Assembly: GCA_040954595.2 (NCBI GenBank)
Contig: CM082580.2
Location: forward strand, 4,206,783 to 4,270,782
DNA: 64,000 nt
Direction of reading: 5' to 3'
Source: Balanoglossus misakiensis
Taxonomy: Eukaryota > Animalia > Hemichordata
Under the pieces are notes generated by a model. That model saw only the letters and a list, made by a program, of their open reading frames with translations, did no database searches and was not told the origin of the DNA. The number at the start of each line of letters is the position of its first letter. Position 1 is the first letter of the stretch. Made by a program: the position numbers and the translations under genes. Shown piece by piece: positions 1 to 14,240 of the stretch.

Positions 1-1985
1 ATCCCCAAACTTCACATTAAAACAACGTTGGGATGGGATTTCTTCCTGCAGTGATTCTAGTCCGCAATATGCCGATTAGCTCCGGCAGCGCTGCTGGAGG
101 AGGTCGCCGCCAAAATGCACGTAAATGGACTTGATGAATACTCTAAACTAACCCAATTATGTAGCTCAGCGTTATTATCAAGAATGGCAATGAATATATA
201 GAAAGAAATTTTAGATGGAACTGAAAAATATTATCTTGCGAATGTACATATGAGACTTTTACTGCAAATTATTATACGGAGATTATACTTACGGTAAAAT
301 CCATGATGTAACAGTACCGACGAAAGTAATTTCTCTGCGCCGAACCCATACTTGATTATAGTGATTTAAATAATATGGTTGACTTTAATGCTTAAAATAT
401 AGCTACATGATCAAAATATATACCTTTGTGAATATCGCATACCGCGGAGAAAATCCGAGGTTATATTTCTGTGTCTCTTGAAATAGAATAGGAAATAGTT
501 TAATGCTGTGTTGTATAACGCATGACCGGCCATGGCAACCGAAGCTCCGCATCGTGTCTCGTCGCCTCAAGGAAACGTAGGAATTGTTTTCAGTCAAGAG
601 AAAACATGGTTCGGTTTTGCCATTACAGAATAAGCATATGACATGGGGATGTTATAGTGTAGTTGCTCTTGACTAGAAAACATGGACGATTATGAAAATC
701 TATCTGCCAAAGACAGCTGTAGGAAACGGCCACACTACAAATTACATGTATTCGATATACCCTTTTGCATGGCGTTAGAAACGTCCGCTATGTCCACGCA
801 GCGCCAGTTAAGTGCCCCAACAATTATGAACATTTCGTTTTACACGGTATTAATCTACTTGATATATTTCCAAGACTTATTCCAAAAAAATTCCATCAAT
901 TTATGGCGGCATTAATGCGCCAACGGAACGGTAAACATTCCTTCGGGGGATAGATCTAGAAATTTATTGAACCGTAAGGTAGAATTATATTAATCCCTAC
1001 ATAGTTGAAACTCGACGACCCATGCGCGTGTCAAGACTTTTGAATCATCGGGTTGAGCAAAGCAGACTGCAAGATTCCCCGAAGCCTCTTGGTCTGCCTG
1101 ATTAATGCTCTTAACCGTAAGCTTAAGACATCACTTTCGAGTTGTCATGGTTACCTGTGTCCTGTGTCCATCAAGCATGCACAGTTTTAATTACATTCAG
1201 AAATTCGTACGTGTATGTGAGCTACGGATGAAAAAATCATATCGACTATCATACCTGGTGTTCGCTCAAGAATATAGATTGCGTCATTCGTGTACGCGAC
1301 TGTAAAGTACAGTCAACGGTATTTGCAACGAGGAAAATTCGCCTGTTTGATAATATGTCACTCTAGAGGCCACAATCTAATCAGTTTGGCACAGTGAGTT
1401 CATAGGTCACCACCGTCGTTATTATTACTTAATTATTCCAGTGTAATAGGACACGCCATGCCTTCGAGGATTTCTTGTTCAATGCAAATATCATACGTCA
1501 AAGTTGTCGATTGCACGGTGTTCGTGACAAATGTGTCGTTAAGTACGGAACTGACGTCATAGCACTACGAAGCTCGAGGCAATGGAAAGAGCTAGTTGTC
1601 ATTCCGGCGGTTGTATCACGCCAATAAATTAACGAAAGTACCCATAAAAGTTTAATACTTGAACCTGCGTCAGTTTTGTTATTGTCTTGTTCTAAAGCGA
1701 CCCACGCTATGTTGTTATGACCGTTAACGCACTCAAATGGTCCACAAAATGAAAGGTACGACATGTTCGTAAGACATTAAGTGGACATTAGATTAGTTTG
1801 AGGACCATGTTTGCGTTAATAACAACATTAGATAGTTTAAAACGCGGTTATAAATATTTAAATGTTTCGTTCGTAGGAGTCGACGTCATACCAAATTGAC
1901 CAATGTCCTTAATATTAATTACCAGGTCATAGACATTCAATGAGCTCATCAAATTACTTTCAGTGTCAGCGTGTCTTGAACAGTT

Positions 1986-2152
1986 TTCATTTTGGTGAGA
2001 TATTTACTTTCATATCCTACAAACGGGATGGAAGTTGTGTGCCGCCGAACGTTGATTAACACATATTCACAGGTAGAATAACATAAACGTTGTATTGTAT
2101 CAAAAATAGTTGATGGAAAAAGGGCAGCGAGAGAGAGACTATGTCCCTTTAA
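1986..2152. mobile_element. Partial (right half) copy of the Kolobok-like TTAA-flanked MITE family
   Basis: Ends ...AAAAGGGCAGCGAGAGAGAGACTATGTCCCT-TTAA and aligns by eye with the right arms of the copies at 20433-20758 and 37430-37776. Confidence 0.7.
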
Positions 2153-5100
2153 TAATTGTCGTGTCTAACCATGACAGCATCCCGAGTGGCAACGTGACAC
2201 CGCTACTTGGATACGATTCGCTGAGTGTGCTGAGCAGCATTCGTGTTCAAGTGATGAAGTTTGAACATTAAACGCCGGTGGGTTCTATCCCGTGTGGCCA
2301 GCAGCAGATGCTGTCTTCGAGAGACCTCCTTGAGGAGGTGCAGCATGTTATTGCTTTTCATGAAACGCAGTGGGATTTCTTGCATGTCTTGGGGGAGCGC
2401 TCAGTTCTTCACGACTGGCTTTAGAATTCGACGATTAAATCATGATGTTAGGCGTTGCTTGATGTTTGTACATTAAGAACATTAATCATTATTTCAGTAT
2501 TGCGGTGATGAATATGATGAAATTGTTCCGTTGAGTTTTGCTGTCTGTGTAAAATTCCGTCCGTGGTGTTCTACCCGTGTAAGATTCTACACGCACCCCC
2601 TCCTTTTCTGGAGAGTTATGGAGGTAAAGCTATGGGCTATTTGATATTCGCCGGGGGATGCTGCTTGAAAGAATAACTGTTTTCCAACCACACAGTTTGT
2701 TTTGTGATTTCCTCCAGGAATCGACTGTTCATCAGGATTTTCCGGATGCAATCGGTCTTTCCAACGCTTAATGGAGTCGAGGTTCACTGGCGAATGAAGG
2801 TGGATATGAAGTGGAAAATGAACCATCAAATGTTGTGGATAAACGTTGAGTTTGATTTTCTTCTCTCGACGTTTGTCGCACGATCATCAGTCGAATGTCA
2901 CGTGATGTTGATCTTCCGTCTCTCTTATCTCTCTCACGTGAGACAATTTCTACTTAATCTCTCCATTCACACAGTTAGGAATGATTTATCGGACTCACCG
3001 AAATCGCCATTCAAGGACTGAACGATCAAAATTGTTATTTTTCCTGTTTGAATTGACCGAGTTTAATCAGACGGTATAATGTGCGAAAATTACTTATCAG
3101 ACGAATTCTATAAAAGTTATCCCCCGACTACTCAATGAAGTCTGTAAACCGGAATAAACTGATAAAACGAAGCGTGTTTAAGTTTCAAATGAGGAACATG
3201 TTGTACAGGTTGTGTAGCGACTACAGATTTCCGCTCACCGAATCACACAATTTGTGGTCAATTGGGTGTCGTATAATTGGGAGTAATCATTAAAACACTT
3301 GATTCAGGATTTCCGTAAAAAGCAAAAAGCAAAAAATGAAAGAAAAAGCTCGTTCTACTGGCAACAACGCTACCATAGTAACATGTGAACTACCAACCTG
3401 GTGACCCTATACTTCGACCATACACGGATTGTCGAGTTAATCCAAATTAGAGGAAGTTTCACAAGTATATTGGAGTTATTCCTAACTTCCTGTCATCTTC
3501 GTTAGAATTTGTACCCGATTTACGCGAAGGGGAGAAGAATAACGATATGTTCAGACGATTATGACTGGATTTGTTTTTTTTCTGGCTATTGCCTATGACC
3601 GTTCACTTCAGTCACTTATTTTTTTGTTTCAGGAAATTGTCTGTAAATCTTCAGGATATTGGTGAACTCATCTTAAACGCCCACCCATAAAATTCGAGGC
3701 CGATCAAAATTGATTTTTGTGGGAAATTACATGACGTTTATCAAGTGAACAAGGATTTCCTTCAATTCATTTAGTTTAGTTGAAACTTCCTTCCCTCTTT
3801 TCTTACACGGTTTGACTGTTTTTGTTGAAATTCACCGTACTGATATAATATCGTACTACTAGTATTTTATGCAACCCTCGACTACATTCTTATACGCGGT
3901 GATTTCACACGGTGTTCGTCCTTAATCTACTCCTTATCAGCTCTGATTTTGTCAGTCGTCACCAGTTCATTGAAATCGTGACAGGAACTGAGAAAGGAAC
4001 GCTAGAAATTCTAATCAAAACGAGCAATTTCAGGCATTTGATTTCCCTGTTTAGAGTATCCGATTCAATAGACTTACATCCACCAATTCTTCTAGATTTT
4101 CTTTAGATAGCAGAATAGGTATGTTGTCCTCCTTTGTCGCTGAATATGAATATTTCAGTCAATTCAAATGAAAGAAAGAAATTACGTAGCATTATTCATA
4201 AACCGACAATTTCCTTAGCTTATGGAATTCGATGGAGATGGCTGTTATATTTTAAAGCTGAAGATTATGCACTGTTTATAGTAATCCTATTTCAGTCGCG
4301 AGCATTAAACAGACTAATTCATCATCGATGAAAATAGTTTTACTGCCCACAGTGTTGTAATATAAATGAATTCACGTCGCAACATTTTAAATAAAATAAT
4401 TATATTAAGTCTGATTTATTCGCCATGTTCATTATGGTTCGTTTTGTGTAATATGAAATGGTTTCTATTCTAACACCCATCTCCAGAATAGGTTTTGTTG
4501 CATCTGAAATACAGTAGCCTTGTGTTTTCCTTGAAATATTTGTGTGGAAGAGAAAAAAAACGAGGTTTGCCTTGAATAAAACCTCAGCGTGGGAATCAGT
4601 GACCTCGATGTTATAATTATCTTGTGTATTTCATCGCAGTCAACAAAGACCATTTGTGGCTGTGTTGCTTCTGAAATCGAAATGGGTAATTGGGGTGGGC
4701 GTGTGTATGGTTCAAAGCACCTGGACTTAACAGTGTATTCAAATGCCTTATTGTACACGCAGCAATCGTTACGCCGGCAACGTGACCGTTGTGTGTATGT
4801 TACGGAGAAGAATGAAAATGGCAGTGCGATATCAATTGGAACGTAGTTATTTCAAATGATCTCATTTTCTTGAAGGCCTCATGGAAAGCGGAGGAAAAAT
4901 AAAAGAATTCGAAGATGTTGAGTTTCTTCACCTCACGTAATGCCACGGTTCTTAGTGTTTGAAAAGATGTTTATGCTTCATACAGATACATGTACATGTA
5001 TCCATAGCGTGGTACATAATCCAGTGATCAAAAATAGTGTTGTCAATTGATTGGCAGACAACCTCGGTTTCTTCTTATTAAATAATTTCTCTCAATAGAT

Positions 5101-8100
5101 AAAACAATTACTATGTAGTGAAAAGGCAGTGGTTATTTATTTGTATATAACTGGAATATTCCACAGCCATTGTTTTGTTTTTGTCAACATATCCTCAAAA
5201 ATACACAGCTGTAAGGTAGTTATACTCTCCATGTAATTTAAATTGCATCTAAGGAAAAAGGGCAAAATGTTATTGCTTAGACTTATCCACAAACATTTTG
5301 TGTAATTAGAAAATTGTTGTAATGTTACCGAATTGTTCACATTACCTGCAATCGATCCGCAGTAACGAATTTCCTTTTGTCGGTTCGTTAGCTTTGCAAG
5401 CCATGTACAATTTAACAGTCACATCGATCAAAACACGAACATTTGACACTCCAGGCATCAGAATTGTGTCTTTCAGCGCGATGCCATGCCATGTGAAATT
5501 CAAAGTACGTGTATAGAATACTCACTTGTGACAAGTGTTGTACTTAGTCGGAATGGATAGTCGTGTTGACCGGATTAGAATCTGTCCTGATTGTGTGATT
5601 AGTAAAGCCGTTTATGATTATGCTAGAAAGTTTAGCGTGGCGTATGTTCACTATTTAGTGTACTGAACATTGCTGCCAATATTCTACCACGCAGAGGTGG
5701 TCACTATAACACCATGCTGTAAACGTGGAATACTCTCCCCTAGTTTTTTTGTCGTTAATCTAACAGTAGTTGGTTCCTCCATTTAAATAGTTGCAACTCA
5801 TTTCCAATTAATATTGTCTTGGTTTAAGAGAATACACCATCGATAACAACGTCATATCAGACTGTCTAATTGTATTCCTATTTGTGTACGTGTTTTATAA
5901 TATGACAAGCTCCATGTATAATTAAAAAATAATTAATTAGCCAAATTGAGCCCATATTTACTTTCCACGATTACGTTCTAATCAAACAAGCTGTCACACA
6001 TGAAATGGAAATCTAATAAATCGCATGTAAAGTTTGACATTAAACGTGAGACGGTTTAAAATAGTCGGATATATATAGTATTTAGGGCTCTTTATAAAAT
6101 TCTATCATCATTTTGTCACATGGAAATCGGGCGATACAGACTTTAAGACATCACCTGTAGTGTAATCTTAATACTGTCTTATGGCAAAATCACAAGAAAC
6201 GATATATCGATGTATTGAAGTGACCCCTAAATCTCGAAGACAATCCCGCCAGTCCTGCACTAGGCCTCAATTTGCCGACAATGACGAAGCGATCTGCGCG
6301 GCTTTGCAATTTAAATTCTGTCAATTGTGATTAATTCCGTTTGCTGAGGCCCACCACTTCTTGCTGTAGTGTAACGGAACACTCGACGGAGTTCTGTCAG
6401 CGACGCATTTTATTCTTTGTACGACGCTGAATGCCGACCTGAGATGTACCACCTGACGGAAGCACCGTTTGGACAGGACTATACCTTCTGCAAAGGAACT
6501 TCTCGAATGAGCGCTTTCAATTGATTTCAATTCAACATTGATCGATATACTCGGCAGGCTGACCTTTTTCCAAGAAAACCGGTAATCTCGTCTTCGTTGA
6601 AGTTCAGTTGATGCACTCCGTGTAAGAGTGTGTGCATTTGACAGTTGAGCGAAAATCATGCTGTTTGAGAGATGGAGTTTGTGTAAATACAGATCGAACC
6701 AGAGTACGTACACAAACAAGGCATCGATAGTTCCAAATACCACGACGCTTGGCTTTTTTCACTTTGGACACATTTTTAACCTTTAATTCGGGGCAAGGGA
6801 AGGTTGGATTAGAATAACACCAATACTTGAAATGTTTATTCAGGTAGTAAACATTCGGCATAACGTGAGAAGAACATGCCGTAATAAACCAATCAGTCGT
6901 GTCAAAAGTGATTTTAAATGAAACGGAAAAGGTTATTTTGAATTCTACAGCTGGACCACGTGTGTTTTAATTCCCGGTGTGTATTAAATCTGGCATCCAA
7001 ATCGATTTTAATCACGCATACAACAACTGTTTGTTACAAGCTTTATTTTACACAAAAGACACATTATACACACAACGCCTTATATGCACGTTGAACAAAT
7101 TTCAATTAACCTTTGACCTGTAATAGTTCTTTTACCTGGCAGGCAGTAATGCTTTCATTTTTATCTACTCTGTCAAATAGCGGGTGGCTGTTTGAATGCC
7201 TTGTAAAGCATTTGAAACGCATTTTTCATTTGTATTTGACATTCGCGGCGGAAGTGGGTTTGATTGAGACAGATCGGAGACATTGAAGTCTGTGAGATTG
7301 GTACAGATACAACGGTAGTATTGTGTTCAGATGGAGTTCAATAGACTGTACACTCCGGAATGCGGTTGTCAGTCAGTAAAATTCGTCTCCGCCAGCATTT
7401 CTTGTCGTGCACGCTGTGAAAAAACTGTGCTGTGTACCGTTAGCATGCAATATCATTCCACTTCAAAAGCATTGGCGTCCTCGAGAAAACCTCCGAATTC
7501 TGCTCATTTTAGTGCAGTGACTTTTTCCGTCCCTTCCCGATCCCATCAAACTAATTCTAGAAGATTCTTGTCGGTCGCAGAAACTACTCTCAATCGTGCC
7601 ATTGCATCGGATAGTGAGTAAATAAAACAAGCCTTCACAAGATGAACGTAGCGTGAAAAGTAAACAACCAATGGAAACAAGCTCTGAAATAATTGTAAAC
7701 CAAGTATATATCTTATTCTCGTTTTCTCGATGTAGTTACTTGTTTTCGTATACGCTTACATTGTATTACTCACGAAATGCGCTGAAGAGCTTTGCCAGCC
7801 ATTGCGAGAGACCGTGTTCATGTCATTTCAATGCAGATCCTATATAATTATACGTACATCTGGTGATCCATAAGAAGATAAAAGGCAGATTTGAGTTTCT
7901 ATGCTGTAAGAACGATCAATGTCATACTATTACCCGCAAGAATGGTTGCCGTATCGCCGATCTGCTGTCCTCAGAGTCAATGGCAGCTGTACATTACGAT
8001 ATAGACAGAGTGAGCTAATAGCCGTCAAAACAATTCGGTGACAAACATTGTTTACTAAGTCACCGTGAATACAAAGATATTGGCTGTGCTTAGCGTAAAA

Positions 8101-10020
8101 CAGAGGAGGGGTTTGAGCATGTGAAGTCTACGTGAAGGAATTATCCATATTCTTTGAAATCACACGGCATGAAATATAAGCCATATACAAGCGACTTGAT
8201 ATTGATTACTGTTGAAAGTAATCAAGCATGTCGGGAATCAATTTCCGCAGGTTCGATTGAGGTGATACAGTTCTAGTTATTCTTTGTGGCGGGAAGGTGT
8301 CAGACAACCTGCTAGTCTGCAACCAATTCTGACGTGTTATAATTTTCGAGGCTTCCTGTCTACCTACATGTATATTTTCAAATTACGTTTGTAGTTGCCT
8401 ACGTAGAGAAATGGTCAATTAAGGGTTAGTTACCTGCCGAAAATCAACGAAAATCATTCTGAATTTACGACATTATGATACCATATGCCATCGCATTCCA
8501 TCAGAAATTGGTGACCGATAAAATCAGATGAAATGTGTTTAAATGTTTTTGTAGAATTCACGATCATGGGAAAACTATTCTGAAAAGGGTATAAATTATT
8601 AGGATGTTCTACGGGACAAACAAAACAGCACTGCGGAGAATATTAGGTAAGATAGTCTTTATCCATCAAACCTGGCCGTCACGATGATATTATTTTACAT
8701 TATGACACCTACATGTAGGTGATGTCATTCCAGCTGCGAAAATGAGTATAATGACATAACGTTCCTCCTCCGTCTAAATGGAAACGCGAAGAGAAATGCC
8801 GCGTATATGCTTTGTTAATGCCGCCGTCGCTTGGCAAGCTAATCAAACATAGCTGTCGCTTACAGTGACGCGTCGCTCGGCAACGACACAAACGTAAAAG
8901 CGTCTCGATCATCAACTAACACCGAACTTTTGAAAAATACTGTCATTTTACGTCAATTTTCTGACGTACCCCCTTCTTCTATAATTGTTTGTTCGTATAA
9001 CATTTCTTCACTTTATGGACAGTCTTCGATCTTTCGCGGCTGAATATAGAAATCGAAAATGTGGTTTACGTATGGAAACGTCAGACGAACTGGCAAATCG
9101 ATATAGCAGATACGAAGTAATTGAAGCCAGAAGACAATTGATAAGATATACACCTGAATCAAATCAATGGTGTTAACGCCGGCTTCACACCATTAACCCT
9201 ATATATAAAATTAACAAAATTAAAGATATTAAACATTAAAACAAGCACCACAATCACAAATACAGATGATTGTTTTATTACTCTGTAGGCGACTTTTCTT
9301 CCGAAATAGCAAGGAATGGTTATGGGTCCGGCCAACGGCATTCAGTCATGCATAAATATATTGTTTTAAAAATCTTTTATTAAAATTCCTTATGTCGATA
9401 TAGTGTGGGTAAAACTGGATCACTGACAAGTTGATGACTAGAGTTTCTTTCTGTTTCCATTTCAATGTTCTTAGTAGCATCCTAGAAAAACCTTTATTGT
9501 TGTTTTATGTTGTCAGTTCACTGTACCAGCGTTAGCTTCACTCGTTCGTACGACAATCTCGCTTCATGATCATACTTCATGAAGTAGTTGAGCAGACAGA
9601 TACTAGAAACATTGATGTGGTCGACAACACACGCTGAAGCATGTATTGATGAGCGTGTATGATATAAATAGGGACTTATCCACTTCAGCATTCCACAGTC
9701 GCTGTGAGCATTCTATCCGTCGTCAACGTCGATGTGACAGCAGCCCGAGTATTATTTGCCAAAAATCACTTAACCACGATGACGAATTCCTAGGGTGCTG
9801 CGTACACACACTCGTACCCTTTTCGAAACTATTTTCTCGCACAGTCTCAGAACTCAACATCACGCAACTTCTTCGTCACACCAGACCTCGACTCAAGAAA
9901 CACAAAAGATGACTTACAAATCGGCTGGCAAAGTGGGCAAATAATCTCCTGTGCCCAAGGGCTTCTCGCACAATTTCCGCCACGGAAAATTCATCTGAAA
10001 TCGCTACTTGTATAAGGCTT

Positions 10021-10034
10021 GTTACCATAGCAAC
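10021..10034. promoter_or_regulatory. RFX X-box-like motif
   Basis: GTTACCATAGCAAC matches the RFX consensus GTTRCCATRGYAAC. No linked gene identified. Confidence 0.25.
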
Positions 10035-13000
10035 ACTGGCGCACTTGTATCCGGTTTCGCACATTTATTCTGGCACGTGTTTCGCAACTTTGATCGGAAA
10101 CAGCAAAAAGCGTTTAGAATTAGTGCCAAGTAAATAAAGATGAAACGAGACATACAGGTTAAAAGCGATCGGATACTTGTATTTCAAAGTTGACGTTTTA
10201 TTGAAAAGTCATTGGTCACAGCGTTTGAAATAAAAATAATCAACAGATTCAATTGGGGAAAAAATTATTTGCTCGCTGCAAACAGTTGATAAAGTGATGA
10301 CATTAGTATAACCTGGAAGTAGAATCTAGAACATTTTTACGTCTATAAAGTTAACTGAACTACTCCAACAGTATTGGATCAGACAGTTTTCGTTATGCCT
10401 TCTTGCACGTTTAGTGACACTGTAAAATCGATGAGGACTTAAACAGTGAACGTATACTCTAGGCTTTGTAAAGTACTGAAACAAATCTCTCGGCAGATAT
10501 CGATTTGTGCTTCTAAACCACTAAAAAGAGGCTTATTTAGAATACAAGATGGGAAATTTCGCTTCGGGTTTGGTTACGCACTTCAGGATAGAGCTGTTCA
10601 TATATTTTCAACAGAGGAAACTATAGCATAAAGAGTGCAAGAACACTGCCGCCGACTCAGCATTTTGCACAATATTTTAGAACCCATAACAGAAAAGATA
10701 GGATCATGGAAATACCCTCTTATCTCTTTATTCTTGTATTTAAAATCCATTGATAAACAATTTGTATATATCAGGAAAATGACATTATTTTCAATTTTGA
10801 GTCGACCACTACCTTAAGACAGAGAAGATCTTGTGGCGTCATGACCTGGTTTCTTCTGTAGCACCATGGAACGCTAACTCCATTATAGCATCATCCAGCG
10901 ACTAGCGATTACAGAGGGCCCTCTCGCGTATATCTGTATACCCACTTGTAAATGCACCATACCGCTTGTCGGGTTACAAGCACAGCCCGGCGTCACTCAA
11001 TTGACGCCGAGTGACGACAATGCTATGATTGCTTGCAGTGCATATAAACACAGCGCATTTCATTCATGGTAACCGCCGCTACAAATACCCCATGCATGTA
11101 AAAGCGTTCTAATGGCCATTCTAAAGGCTTTTTACCGTGAATCTATATACTGTACAACTTCTTACAAATTGATATAGTCGATGCTCCTGCCGACATATGT
11201 CATTTCCGCCGACATCTAACAGGACGAAACACGTATGATGTTGTTTTGTCATGTTTATATCCATTGAAGATCTTGCTAATCGTGTCTTGAGCGCACTCCG
11301 AGTCGTTTATTAGGCCCGGTACACAGCATCTAGCGATTCTAAATACGCTCATATTGTCTGGTATGGTGGCAGTACCACGCATCAGCATCAAACCGATTCA
11401 TTGAAATAACAGTTTTTGTTTCAAGAATTCATTTAGTTGCATTTGTCTTGTATGGTGGCGCTGAGATGTATACTTACATCGATGTATTTTGTCTATCGTA
11501 TTCCAAATAATCTTTCTTTTACGGTGTAAGCAAATACAGAAACAATCTCTTATTGTGCCCATGCAGCCCATCGCTGTGATAAATGGGGAACAAATGAGCG
11601 ATTTTGACCGTCATATTATTATAGAAATTCTGCGAAACAGTTTCAATCTTATTATTTTATCTTTACTGTCAATAAATCACATGTGAACAATTTTGCTCAT
11701 ATTTTGCTGCGGGCCAGCCACTGTTTCACGCATAGTTGACAGAAAGGCATTATTCTTATGAATTTAGATTTATGTTTTGTCATCACTTGATTCGCAAAAA
11801 GATAAATATGTGGACGACTGGGGTCTGTCTCGCTTGCTGTAAATTATGACTACAGTGGATGAGCGAACGACACGCGTCAGATCTGTCATGCCTGTGGAGG
11901 GCGAAAGTATGAAATCAATTTCCTTCTCGCGACGTTCAATCTATGAGTGCATGGACACACTAGCGAACACTTGTCCCGTTCATCAGTACTGTAATATCAG
12001 GAGTCGGGGTGTGTTTCTTATCAAAAGTCACGTTCTAAGTATTCATCTTCTGATCGATCTCCACGGAGACGTTATTGGAGAAGAGTCATCAACCGAACTT
12101 TTGACACTCTGACGTACTTTATCCACGGGGCAGATTTTCGTTCGAGTAAACCCTTTAATCACATTTCATATAATAACACATTGGTTCAATTTTTCAAAGG
12201 GAGCTGTTCAGAAAGTCTAGAGTGGTTGCCATCGCGAGGTATCATCTTGCAAATAGATGTTTATTCTGCATCTCTATAACAGTGCACACTTTGGTATGGG
12301 ACAGTTTTGCCTCCATAATGTTGAGGGGAGATGACACGGTCCCTATTAGCTCACATCTTGTTTCTGTCGGTCGATATCTGTGTTTTTGTCACGTGAAAAG
12401 TACTACAGATAAAAAACTGGCGAGATTGTGATTTTAATATGCATGTCGGTTATCTACTTTATGCTCTTTTTTAATCAATGCTACATACCAGAACGAGTCT
12501 TCAAGCGTAGTTCTTCTATCTGTTATCAACAGATTATAAAAGAATATTTAATAAAGGCCACACCAACACAATAACGTTTAACCCAACAGACGTTGAATTA
12601 CTTTAGACTCACTCCACATTCATTCACACCAGTATTTTCATATTTACGTGACAGTAATTTTCAACCACTCCATTCTCACTACTGTATTTAAGAACAAATC
12701 ACACATTAAAATTCCAGTTGCGTTTAAGACAGAGTCTATTGATAAGCCTTGGTTGTCGTTCCCGCTATACCCAGATTGAATTAATTGCGGTTTCCAATTT
12801 GCATCGTAGATTTAGCCCCATAAATCCGTGGTTGATTGCTTTCTGCGTAAGCTTGTCCTAATTGCTGCTTTAATAGATTAGCTAGTTACTTGAAATCGTT
12901 AATGAGTCTCGTCAAATTATTGATAGCAGCAACGTTGACGATGTAATGCAGCTGTGTGTGCCAAAATGACAGTTGTGTGTATAACAAAACAAGAAATATG

Positions 13001-13789
13001 TATCGAGTTAAAAGAAAATGCTATACAAAGATGAATTGCACCAACTACCTGCCGAGGTTGATTAATATTCTTATTTTAGTACAACCGAGAGGTTTTGCAT
13101 GGAGCCGGTATGGCGGCGGTCCGAATTACTGGAGTTTATGGTAGTTTAAAATGTATTACGAACTGTCAGTTTGTCCCGGCAACTTGTACGACTCTCACAA
13201 GGGACGACATGATCGCTCTGATACAAGAATAGTGAGTATATATAAAGGATGGCAGCTTTTTTCGAAATCACCAGAAAGATGCAGGTAGTAATTATAATAG
13301 CGCTCATTTTCTCTGGATAAAATGTTTTGATGGAGGCACTGGCAGTACTTCACGTCCTCGGGACAGATTGAATCCGGGGTAAATCGATCTCCTAATTACA
13401 GTCGTGTCCATAAAATGCACAAGGTAGCCTCGGGGTAAAGGCAGACTTCTGCGCGACGTCCTTCGTGGAAGCTCCGACAGGAAACAAAATTAACATGGCG
13501 ACATCCATGCAAGTTTACAAACACGAAATATGTATAGACGGAGTGATGGACGACTATGCCAATTAACCCCCACGCAGCAGTAAACAGATAAATCATTTCA
13601 CTCACATGTATCTGTGAACATCAAGTATTAATAAAAAAGCGATGAGTACCCCAGGAATTGCCGTCCCTCGAATGATTGTAGTAATAGTAGTAATTGTAGT
13701 AATGATTGTACCTTACCTGTGGTAAGGCTTACATTTACTTAGCCTTCTATATCTGCCCGACTTTGCATCTTGCAGTCTTCATCGTCCCT

Positions 13790-14240
13790 GACTGTCTGTC
13801 TGTCCGTCCGTCAGCCCGTCTGTCTTACATATGTACGTATATTTATTGCTATGTATTTGTCAATTTCGCCCTTGCCTGTCTGTCTATCTGTCTGTCTGAC
13901 TTTGTCTGTCCATGTCTGTCTGTATGGCTCATTCAAGCACCATGCCGAGTATGCAGATGCTCACCTTACTAACGGAGTATAACCGGCATCTTTATTTCAT
14001 CCAAACACCGAAATGAGATTAGTATTAACTGACCTGTCCTTGGCTACAGGTTAGGCCTTTTATCATCATAAGGAGTGTAGTCGGCTGAATGCCAGCCTTC
14101 GGCGAGAAATTCATTTCTTCAAATAGAACATCCTTTATAATATCCCACACGAGAGAGAGAGAGAAGGGGGGAGAGAGAGAGAGAGAGAAACAGAGACAGA
14201 CTGACAGACAGAGGCAGAGACAAAGAGAGTGGGGAGGGAT
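13790..14240. repeat. Degenerate (TCTG)n and (GA/GACA)n simple repeats
   Basis: CTGTCTGTC runs at about 13790-13925 and GAGA/GACA runs at about 14150-14240. Confidence 0.6.
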